DNA of 24,000 bases, from positions 61,148 to 85,147 of the forward strand of contig JAEOUE010000207.1 in assembly GCA_016839515.1 (NCBI GenBank), given 5' to 3'. The stretch is from Candidatus Hodarchaeum mangrovi. GTDB lineage: Archaea > Asgardarchaeota > Heimdallarchaeia > Hodarchaeales > Hodarchaeaceae. This document shows positions 16,369-23,919 of the stretch, one piece after another. The position numbers and the translations under genes are program-made. Under the pieces are notes generated by a model, which was given only the letters and a program-made list of their open reading frames with translations, made no database searches and was not told the origin of the DNA. How positions within the stretch are numbered: position 1 is the first letter of the stretch; each line of letters begins with the position of its first letter.

Positions 16369-16803
16369 GTGGCAGATCTGAAGGATAAGCTGCAAAAGGT
16401 TCTTGATAGTAAAGCATCTCTCACTGATTTTATTTCTCAAAAGGATAATGCAAAATTAGGTGATGCTCTGGTGAACTTTCTTTATTCCCTTGCGAAAAGT
16501 CTAGCAACTAATCATGTAACAGGTATCAAAGTATCAGATTCTATCCTTGCCCAAGCGTATAAAACCTCGATCTGGTACGACCAAAAAGCATTATTGATTA
16601 AAGGAGACAAAGGAAGAATTGCGGACGCCATTGAGACCCTGATACTTTACTTCTGGGTGGTAAAGGATATTTCTCTTAATGAATTAGTTGAACCCTTAAG
16701 TCAAACCCTTAAATTCAAGGATCTTTCACATCCTCGCTTAGAACGAATAGCTGCTATTCAGGCCTTTCAGGAACTCTTAAATTTATTATTTCTAAAACAA
16801 TAA
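16369..16803 (+). CDS. RNase III-like domain protein (Mini-III-like), function unverified
   Basis: 144 aa with a GTG start. AKLGDALVNFLYSLA resembles the RNase III LGDA signature. KVSDSILAQAYK and GRIADAIETLILYFWV resemble the Mini-III VSAKAQA and FEALIGYLYL segments. Confidence 0.45.
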   Translation: MADLKDKLQKVLDSKASLTDFISQKDNAKLGDALVNFLYSLAKSLATNHVTGIKVSDSILAQAYKTSIWYDQKALLIKGDKGRIADAIETLILYFWVVKDISLNELVEPLSQTLKFKDLSHPRLERIAAIQAFQELLNLLFLKQ

Positions 16804-16823
16804 CGAAGACCTAACAAGAGGGG

Positions 16824-18017
16824 TTATAGATATTGGCTCATACGGGCAAGAAAACTGCCTTTCTTATCTAAGACTTTTTGGGTAGCCTTCTTAAAATCAT
16901 CAAACGTTACCATAGTCCGTTTTTCCCGAATTGCAAACATTCCTGCTTCCTGAGTGATTGCACGAATATCTGCTCCCGATGCCTGTGTTGATTCACTCGC
17001 CAAGAAGGCAAAATCCACTTTAGAGTTCACATTCATCCCTCGTGAATGGATTTTAAAGATCTCCAGTCGTTCCTCTTGATTTGGGAGTGGAAATTCGATA
17101 TGTCGATCAAATCGCCCCGGTCGTAGTAAAGCGGGATCCAAGATATCGACTCGGTTGGTTGCCCCAATTATTTTTACATCACCTCGTGGGGAAAATCCAT
17201 CTAATTCACTCAATAACTGCATCAGGGTTCGCTGAACTTCTCGATCTCCACTCGTGGCAATATCAAGTCTTTTACTTCCGATAGCGTCGAGTTCATCAAT
17301 AAATAATATACTTGGAGAATTATCCCGAGCATAGGAAAACACTTCTCGCACCAATCGTGCGCCTTCCCCTATATACTTTTGAACCAGCTCGGACCCAATC
17401 ACCCGAATAAATGTAGCTTTGGTCTCGCGTGCGACCGCTTTTACCATCAGTGTCTTTCCTGACCCTGGTGGACCATGTAGTAAGACCCCTTTGGGTGGTT
17501 CAATACCCACCTTCTCAAACAGCTCTGGATTAAGTAATGGTAATTCTACCGTTTCCCTAAGCTCTTGCAATTGCTCTTTTAATCCCCCAATATCTTCATA
17601 AGACTCCGTTGGTTTAGTATCTATTTCCATAGAACGAACTAATGGATCACGACTTGTAGGAAGGACTTCTAATATAGCAAAGTTCCGTTGATGGAGAGCC
17701 ACTCGTGCGCCAGGAGTCAGGGTTTCGCTTGGAATGGAAGAATCGATCACAACTACAAATGATGGCCCCGTAGAACTTTTTACTATCGCTTTGTTGTCAT
17801 CTAATACCTCTTGGAGAGTTCCTGTAAATAAAGGAGGTTGTCGTAATTTTTGAAGTTCTAATTTTAGATTGTCTCTTTCCTCCTCAAGCTTGTTCCGCTG
17901 AACCTCTAATAATTGTCGTTCAGTCTCTAAAGCACGAATCCTGCGCTCCATGGTGCGGGTATAAGAATCAGCGAATTCATCGAAAGTTGATTTTTTATTT
18001 TCCACTGTGTCTGGCAT
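16824..18017 (-). CDS. pan: Proteasome-activating nucleotidase (PAN, Rpt-like AAA+ ATPase)
   Basis: It has an N-terminal coiled coil and an OB-like region. Walker A is [13 protein letters not shown], Walker B is ILFIDELDA, and the second region of homology is present. 397 aa. Confidence 0.92.
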   Translation of the reverse strand: MPDTVENKKSTFDEFADSYTRTMERRIRALETERQLLEVQRNKLEEERDNLKLELQKLRQPPLFTGTLQEVLDDNKAIVKSSTGPSFVVVIDSSIPSETLTPGARVALHQRNFAILEVLPTSRDPLVRSMEIDTKPTESYEDIGGLKEQLQELRETVELPLLNPELFEKVGIEPPKGVLLHGPPGSGKTLMVKAVARETKATFIRVIGSELVQKYIGEGARLVREVFSYARDNSPSILFIDELDAIGSKRLDIATSGDREVQRTLMQLLSELDGFSPRGDVKIIGATNRVDILDPALLRPGRFDRHIEFPLPNQEERLEIFKIHSRGMNVNSKVDFAFLASESTQASGADIRAITQEAGMFAIREKRTMVTFDDFKKATQKVLDKKGSFLARMSQYL

Positions 18018-18419
18018 GAAGTTCCCTACATCTTAATCTGCTTTCAGTCGTGTATTAAAGCTTTACGAAAGTTACCATTGGAAATAGTATCAGAGACTGT
18101 TGTTTCCACTTAGTCTCCAGACAGGGTGTTTCGGAAGAGTTTTTACCTGTCAATATTACATTGTCATGAACCCTTTATTTTTGTTTCTTTTCGAGCTATA
18201 CATAAAAAACTACTTAATTTTTTATATTATCCTGAACTAGTTAGTAATGGGATGCATACAGAAAAAAACCATCTGTTTACACCATTTTGAAGATTTAATG
18301 GTTAGTTATTTAACAACTTCACAGAATGGACTATAACTTAAGCTTTGAATTTTTATTTGATGGTCAAAATCTTAAAACCCCTTTCCAGAAAAATCGTTTA
18401 TGAAGAGGAAGTAGAATAA

Positions 18420-18956
18420 TTGTCCCGGAATCAACCATGTGAAATGTGTGGTGCAGAAAGTCCCGTTACTTTGGTTGAAATTGATCGTGTAAAGCTCTAT
18501 GCTTGTGCTAGATGTGCGAAGTTTGGTACTCCTGTCCAAAAGAAACCAGAAAAACGACCATTTAAGCCTCCAACAGCCCCAAGACCAACTCAACGTAGTT
18601 CTCCCAAACCTGAAAGACAATACAAACCACCTAAGAAAGATTTTCTCCACGATAAGATCCTTGTCGATGGATATGGCGAAATTATCCAAAATGCTCGAAG
18701 AGACAAGGGACTAGGAAGAGCAGAATTTGCTCAACTTATAAAAGAGAAAGAAACCCTCCTAGCTAGGATAGAAGCTGAAAAAGTATTACCCACTGACATA
18801 ATAATTGCAAAAATCGAACGTGAGCTGGGAATCGAACTAAAAACAGAAATTACAGATGAAAAAACTATTGTAGATGATTTTATACCCAAAGCTACCACAA
18901 TTGGTTCAATTGCAAAGATAAAACGAAAAAAACAGGAAAAATCCTCCGAAAATTGA
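18420..18956 (+). CDS. mbf1: Archaeal MBF1 (zinc ribbon + XRE-type HTH)
   Basis: The N-terminal zinc ribbon is CEMC...CARC. A Pro/Lys-rich linker follows. The C-terminal HTH reads IQNARRDKGLGRAEFAQLIKEKETLLARIE. The TTG start at 18420 is needed to keep the first CxxC. Confidence 0.85.
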   Translation: MSRNQPCEMCGAESPVTLVEIDRVKLYACARCAKFGTPVQKKPEKRPFKPPTAPRPTQRSSPKPERQYKPPKKDFLHDKILVDGYGEIIQNARRDKGLGRAEFAQLIKEKETLLARIEAEKVLPTDIIIAKIERELGIELKTEITDEKTIVDDFIPKATTIGSIAKIKRKKQEKSSEN

Positions 18957-19172
18957 CCTAAAAAAACTCTAGATTTATCTGATACAGAAATTGATAGTAA
19001 AAAACTGAAAAATCATTCTTTTAAACAAATTTCACCTAGATAAAATTTAACAACCTGAGGCAAGGACGGTTAAGATGAGCATTGAGAGATGATAGAGCTC
19101 TCTGAGTTAATGAATAATTATTCTTATATCTTTCAAAAATAATAAACATAAAAAGAGTAGATAGAATTGGTG

Positions 19173-19553
19173 ATGCTTGATCCACTAGCAAATGCTATGT
19201 CCACGATAGCCAATGCAGAAATTTTAGGGAAAAAAGAAGTAGCGATCCGACCTGCAAGCCGTATAATTGCTAATGTCTTACGAGTAATCCAAAAATATGG
19301 AGCAATCGGAGAATTCGAAGTCATGGAAGATTTATGGATAATTTCAGTTCAGCTCTTAGGACGAATAACAAAAATTGGGGTTATTAAACCACGATATCCA
19401 GTTAAAGTTTCTGATTATGTAGAATGGGAAAAGCAGTACCTTCCAGCCCGAGACATGGGAATATTAGTTGTATCAACATCCGAGGGAGTCATGTCTCACC
19501 AAGAAGCAAAGGAACGTAACCTTGGAGGAAGATTACTAGCTTATGTGTATTAG
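19173..19553 (+). CDS. rps8: 30S ribosomal protein uS8
   Basis: [31 protein letters not shown] and the C-terminal GGRLLAYVY are present. There is a TTG-GTG-ATG triplet at 19167-19175; I chose the ATG. Confidence 0.92.
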   Translation: MLDPLANAMSTIANAEILGKKEVAIRPASRIIANVLRVIQKYGAIGEFEVMEDLWIISVQLLGRITKIGVIKPRYPVKVSDYVEWEKQYLPARDMGILVVSTSEGVMSHQEAKERNLGGRLLAYVY

Positions 19554-19575
19554 AGGATTTAGGAAGGACTAAATA

Positions 19576-20127
19576 ATGCGACATCATTCAATAGAACGGG
19601 TAATTAAAGTCCCAGAGAAGGTGACTGCTACCCTTAAACCTACTCGAGACGGACAGGAAATCCACATCGAAGGACCAAAGGGAAAATTATCCCGTGTATT
19701 CAATCGATTACAGGTTAATTTAACTCAAGAAAAGAACACCTTGAAAGTTCAGAACTACTTTGGGAGTAAAAATGAGGCATCAATGGTAGGAACAATTGCT
19801 GGACATATTCAAAATATGATTACTGGTGTCACGAAGGGGTTCACATATAAAGTCCAAGTAATAACCTCCCATTTTCCTGCTACTGTAGAAGTTCAAAAAG
19901 AAGTTATACTAATAAAAAATCTTTATGGTCGCCGTGATCCTATTCGTGTCCCTGCAGATGCTGATGTAACTACAAAGGTTGAAGGAGATCTCGTAATTTT
20001 TACAGGAATCGATAAGGAGAAAGTTGCTCAAGCAGCTACCAGATTAGCAGAAGCTACCCGGTTGCGTGGAAAACGGGGAAAGGACCCTACAGTATTTCAA
20101 GATGGACTCTATGTAGTTTATCCCTAA
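19576..20127 (+). CDS. rpl6: 50S ribosomal protein uL6
   Basis: 183 aa. IKVPEKVTATL...IEGPKGKLSRVF...GHIQNMITGVTKGFTYKVQV is typical archaeal L6. It follows rps8. Confidence 0.9.
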   Translation: MRHHSIERVIKVPEKVTATLKPTRDGQEIHIEGPKGKLSRVFNRLQVNLTQEKNTLKVQNYFGSKNEASMVGTIAGHIQNMITGVTKGFTYKVQVITSHFPATVEVQKEVILIKNLYGRRDPIRVPADADVTTKVEGDLVIFTGIDKEKVAQAATRLAEATRLRGKRGKDPTVFQDGLYVVYP

Positions 20128-20130
20128 GGT

Positions 20131-20154
20131 ATTTTTAGAATAATCCCTTTTTTT
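20131..20154 (+). terminator. Oligo-T terminator region after rpl6
   Basis: ATTTTTA and then a 7-T run (20148-20154) lie within 30 nt of the rpl6 stop. Confidence 0.4.
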
Positions 20155-20352
20155 CGCTGAAATTACCTTTGCTTCCCCAAACAAAGATTATTTGGGAATT
20201 TGTATTAATCTATGATTTTATTTCTATTAATTACATCCTTTGATTAATTTTAATTTCAAAATAATTTTCTATTTGTATATTGTCTTTTTAAAACATCCAA
20301 ATTAGAATATAAATTAATTTAAAACTAATCTTATTAAACAAAGAGAAGAAAA

Positions 20353-20456
20353 CGGCACCAGCAGGACTTTCACTCCAAAAAATCCTCTTTTGGGGCTTTG
20401 AACCTGCGACCACCCGGTTAACAGCCGGACGCTCTACCTAACTGAGCTATGATGCC
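20353..20456 (-). tRNA. tRNA-Asn (GUU) with a 30-nt intron in the T-loop (about 20367-20396, position 59/60)
   Basis: The minus strand folds with acceptor GGCATCA/TGGTGCC and D-arm GCTC/GAGC. The anticodon stem is TCCGG/CCGGG with loop CT-GTT-AA. The T-stem halves GCAGG and CCTGC are separated by 37 nt instead of 7. The insert folds as a bulge-helix-bulge; see findings. Confidence 0.85.
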
Positions 20457-20472
20457 ATTGTTTTGTGTTTCA

Positions 20473-20549
20473 TGGGCCTGGGGGGATTTGAACCCACGAA
20501 CCAACCGGTTATGAGCCGGTCGCTCTAAACCAGACTGAGCTACAGGCCC
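20473..20549 (-). tRNA. tRNA with CAU anticodon (elongator Met or Ile2)
   Basis: The acceptor stem is GGGCCTG/CAGGCCC and the D-arm is GCTC/GAGC. The anticodon stem is ACCGG/CCGGT with loop CT-CAT-AA. The T-arm is GTGGG-TTCAAAT-CCCCC, which in my hand fold has one U-C mismatch and a 6-nt variable region. Confidence 0.8.
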
Positions 20550-20808
20550 TTTTAGCTTCTTTTTGATTTTGGAGTTTACAATAGTGGATTATTAATGTTT
20601 AATCCTTCTAAAACTATTCTTTATTACAATTTTCTAGATTATATTTAATTTTTTAATTCTTGTGTGAACTACCACTAGCTAAAGCAAGTGGCTTCCTACG
20701 AGTTCACAGAACCCTGATCTATCAGAAGCGAGGAAAAGATCGTTTTAACATTGGCTTTGTATCTGTGAAGTTTTAGCTAAAATAGTTCATTAAATTTCTA
20801 ATTCTTTT

Positions 20809-22671
20809 TTAGGTTTGTTCAGATTTATTTTCAGAGTCTAACACCTTATGTACCGAGATAAATGCTTCTAATATAGGTTGAATTAATTTAAATGGAATAT
20901 TTTTCGTTGCGATCATTGCACATACGAGAATCATGTCAATATATTCAAGTTCCTCTTCTTCGAATTTTTCTTCGGAGATGATAATTCCTATAAATTGTGA
21001 TGCCACTTCAGGAAACTCGAGGTCTTCAGGGGGTACTCGATTCATAACAATCTTTGTACTTCGGATCATGGCCAATCCTGTGTCAATGTAAGCGTTAGTA
21101 AGGGGAACATCAAAGAAATCAAGATTAAATAGGAGCTCTTTGACTTCTTCTGTAGTTGGATCTTCCTCAGCTTGAAAGATAGCAGCTTTGGTGATATTTT
21201 CTAAATAAAGTACAAGATCTATCTTCTTAAAGTAATTATCTACTCTTATCAACCGTTTTGTAGTTAATCTTACATCGTGATAATAGATGTTATCACAATC
21301 ATCGCCTAAATGGCTTATGACTTGTAGGAGGGTAAAAATAGCCCTTCCAAATAGATTTATTAAATGTATCTGTCCAGAAATTGTCACATGCTTTAAGTCT
21401 CGCACTAGAATCATAATTGATAGTTGCAATAACCCTTGAAAGAAATGCCCTGTCTGTGTTTCCTCTTCATCTAAAATTTCTTCCAGCTCTGCTATCTCAT
21501 CTTTATCAATATTATATTCTTTCATTAGCTTTAATAGTTCATCAATATTATGTTGTTGAATTCCAGAGGGATATTCACTTTTTTGAACATAAGCAGCTTT
21601 TAAAATAGGTGTTATTGCCAGTTTTTTTTGCTCACGATCATTTGTCTCGGAATAAATTTGTTCAACTAATTCAGAAGCTTTTGAAAGATGGTAAAAAACA
21701 AAATCTTCTCCCAAAAGATATTCAAGAGCTAGATTGAATAATGCTCCAAACCATTTTACATGAAAGCTTTTGGCAAAGGCAAAAGATGTCAAAAAGATGT
21801 TCTCAATGTTCCACATTTCTTGTGTTATTAAAGAAGGGTTAGTATAGTATTTGTCAAACACGAAGTGTTTTAAATTACGGGATGCTTGGTAATCGAAAGC
21901 ATCCACATCTAGAACCATAGCTGGAAGCCATGTGGGTATTAATGATACTGTAAAATTAAATGCTTTAGCAAATTCTGATAAATCTTTAATTCTAATATGT
22001 CCTTTCTCAAATGGTGTATCAAATTTAGGCGTTAAAACCTTCTCTGGATGGTCATAACTTAGTTCCACACCTATATATTCTAGGAGAAGGCTACAGTACC
22101 CACGCTTGATCATTTCGACATTTACAAATATGTCTTTTAAGGTATATAATGTCATTTGGGAAATCTCGCGCAGAAAACGGAGAATTTCTTCATGTTCAAA
22201 TGTTCCTGGAGGTATTAATGAAGCAAGTTGACCAAAAAATTCCAAACTGAAAACAAGTGAATTCCTCAAACGGACTTCCAACCCTCGTTGTCGCTGTACC
22301 GAATGGAGAAGCTCATGGATTATCAATCCTTTGAGTGCACTTTTATGCTCCTCTTCTAGAAAGGAGGAATCTCGTTCTAATCGGATAAATACAAACTCTT
22401 TTTCTTTATATCCATATGAAAATGATGTTTTGAATGAACCAGCTAAGATAATATTCAATCCTTCAATTTCTTCTTCAGGTAGGTCTAATAATGAAACATA
22501 CTCAAGAACTCTGGTATCATTCTCAATGTCTGCAAAAATTATTGATAATTTACTTAATGAACTGCAAAAAGTAGCAATTTCGGTTGTTTTTATAAGTTGT
22601 TTAAGCTTTACTTTTAATTTGGTGAAAAAATCTAGAAACACTAATTCAGGAGAAAAAATAGAGGTTTTCAC
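20809..22671 (-). CDS. Large hypothetical protein with an N-terminal HExxH (putative zinc-metallopeptidase-like) motif
   Basis: A 620-aa uninterrupted ORF in the local AT-rich codon style. LKGLIIHELLHSVQ has a Glu 21 residues after the second His. The remainder is predicted helical and acidic. I recognise no family. Confidence 0.6.
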   Translation of the reverse strand: MKTSIFSPELVFLDFFTKLKVKLKQLIKTTEIATFCSSLSKLSIIFADIENDTRVLEYVSLLDLPEEEIEGLNIILAGSFKTSFSYGYKEKEFVFIRLERDSSFLEEEHKSALKGLIIHELLHSVQRQRGLEVRLRNSLVFSLEFFGQLASLIPPGTFEHEEILRFLREISQMTLYTLKDIFVNVEMIKRGYCSLLLEYIGVELSYDHPEKVLTPKFDTPFEKGHIRIKDLSEFAKAFNFTVSLIPTWLPAMVLDVDAFDYQASRNLKHFVFDKYYTNPSLITQEMWNIENIFLTSFAFAKSFHVKWFGALFNLALEYLLGEDFVFYHLSKASELVEQIYSETNDREQKKLAITPILKAAYVQKSEYPSGIQQHNIDELLKLMKEYNIDKDEIAELEEILDEEETQTGHFFQGLLQLSIMILVRDLKHVTISGQIHLINLFGRAIFTLLQVISHLGDDCDNIYYHDVRLTTKRLIRVDNYFKKIDLVLYLENITKAAIFQAEEDPTTEEVKELLFNLDFFDVPLTNAYIDTGLAMIRSTKIVMNRVPPEDLEFPEVASQFIGIIISEEKFEEEELEYIDMILVCAMIATKNIPFKLIQPILEAFISVHKVLDSENKSEQT

Positions 22672-22794
22672 GGGATCTCTTCCTTCTTAAGATTTAATTA
22701 TTTATGAATTAAACTGTCTTAAATATAACCAAAATCCTGAGATTTGTAAAATCTCATTAATAATTTAAATCTTATATTAAAAAAAAATAGTCAA

Positions 22795-23082
22795 TTATTC
22801 GTTCTCTGGAGGTAAAAGGGGGAAAGGTTTTCCTAATTGAAGAATTTTAAGAGGAATATTTTCCTTGTGTGTTTCTAAGAATTTTAAATCCTCATCTTTT
22901 TTTCTAAGATCATCGGGAAGCATGACTGGGATTGTTCCACGAATTGGATAAAACCTTGAACATTTTTGACAAAAAATTACCCCTGATTCAACCTCATGAG
23001 GATTTTCTTGAAAAACAATGAGCTCTAGATCAGGATTTTTGCAGATAGGACAAGCTAAAATCTCCATTAAGTCTTTTCTCAT
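22795..23082 (-). CDS. Trm112-like zinc-ribbon protein with a C-terminal extension
   Basis: LMEILACPICKNPDLEL...CQKCSRFYPIRGTIPVMLPDD matches the Trm112/DUF343 pattern. About 35 extra residues follow at the C-terminus. Confidence 0.8.
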   Translation of the reverse strand: MRKDLMEILACPICKNPDLELIVFQENPHEVESGVIFCQKCSRFYPIRGTIPVMLPDDLRKKDEDLKFLETHKENIPLKILQLGKPFPLLPPENE

Positions 23083-23128
23083 GATTTTTCCTCTATTTCT
23101 TTATCATACTGAAAAATTATCAGTTTTC

Positions 23129-23199
23129 CACTTCAGACGGCTCTTCAGAATGTCATTGTTGTAGGTACAACTCATGCGGGGATAACTTCATCATAAGTG
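23129..23199 (-). ncRNA. Candidate C/D box sRNA (2'-O-methylation guide)
   Basis: The minus strand reads CACT-T-ATGATGA-AGTTATCCCCGC-ATGA-GTTGTACCTACAAC-A-ATGACAT-TCTGAAGAGCCGT-CTGA-AGTG. It has a perfect C box, a perfect D box and a 4-bp terminal stem (CACT/AGTG). Guide spacers are 12 and 13 nt. A degenerate D'/C' pair is bridged by a 6-bp hairpin. Confidence 0.5.
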
Positions 23200-23253
23200 A
23201 CTGATTTAATCGATATTCACTAATTTATCAAGTTAGTCTTGGTAATCAGTAAA

Positions 23254-23571
23254 TCAATAGGTAACAGGGTATATAAAGATGAATATTCCAACAAAAACTA
23301 TTATTAGAATACCTATTATAATCCATTCTCTAAATAAACGCTGTTGAATAGAAAATTTGGAATGTTTTTTTAATTGTGTCCGAAAATTCCATGTAATTAA
23401 AGTAAGAATAGCACACATAAAGATAGGCATTAGATTCTGAACTGTTCTATCCAGAAATAGTAAATATAATCCGATAGATGCTAGAAATATAATTCCATAA
23501 CCGATTAAAGAAATGTCCATTAATTTAATCGCTTTAGGTAACATAGACCATTCTTCAACATCAGAACTCAT
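23254..23571 (-). CDS. Small membrane protein (3 TM), unknown function
   Basis: 105 aa with three long hydrophobic segments separated by short basic loops. Confidence 0.5.
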   Translation of the reverse strand: MSSDVEEWSMLPKAIKLMDISLIGYGIIFLASIGLYLLFLDRTVQNLMPIFMCAILTLITWNFRTQLKKHSKFSIQQRLFREWIIIGILIIVFVGIFIFIYPVTY

Positions 23572-23919
23572 TCTTTATCCTCCAATATTCTCAATCTATC
23601 GCTTTTACAACTAGTTTTTTTGTTTTCTTTTCTTTTAAAAAGTTAGAATTCCTCATAATCCCTAATTAAGATACACTTAAATTCATTGTCACATAAAATA
23701 TTGTCTGTTATTTAGGTAAATCAACTTCTTTGATTAATCTAGCATTTTCTTTCCGTGCTTTTTAGCCTTTTAATGAATTTTTTAACTTTTTACTTGACAT
23801 TTTGAGCAATAAACACATTTTTCAGGCTCAATCTTTTAAAATATTTGAAGTGTCAAAAAGAATATTTTAAAAATTCCTTCTTTGGGGCTAATGAGTGTTC
23901 AACAAAATGAGGAACTACA

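Noticed and set aside
19050-19110. Possible C/D box sRNA between mbf1 and rps8 (AGATGAGC, GATGATAG and CTGA motifs)
   Set aside because: The box spacing is wrong. Only 7 nt separate the C'-like box from CTGA, and no D' lies 12 nt after the first box. There is no terminal stem, and the boxes deviate from RUGAUGA. The region more likely just contains the rps8 promoter.
20663-20712. H/ACA guide sRNA reading of the nested hairpin (minus strand has ACA right after the lower stem)
   Set aside because: The internal loop is one-sided (9 nt against 1 nt), so no two-sided pseudouridylation pocket can form. No K-turn or K-loop is evident in the apical part. It is kept only as an unclassified structured element.
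22740-22760. Hairpin GAGATTT-GTA-AAATCTC between the Trm112-like gene and the 620-aa ORF as a regulatory element
   Set aside because: It is a 7-bp AT-rich stem with a 3-nt loop in AT-rich DNA, which is easily produced by chance. There is no flanking oligo-T on the relevant (minus) strand to argue for a terminator.
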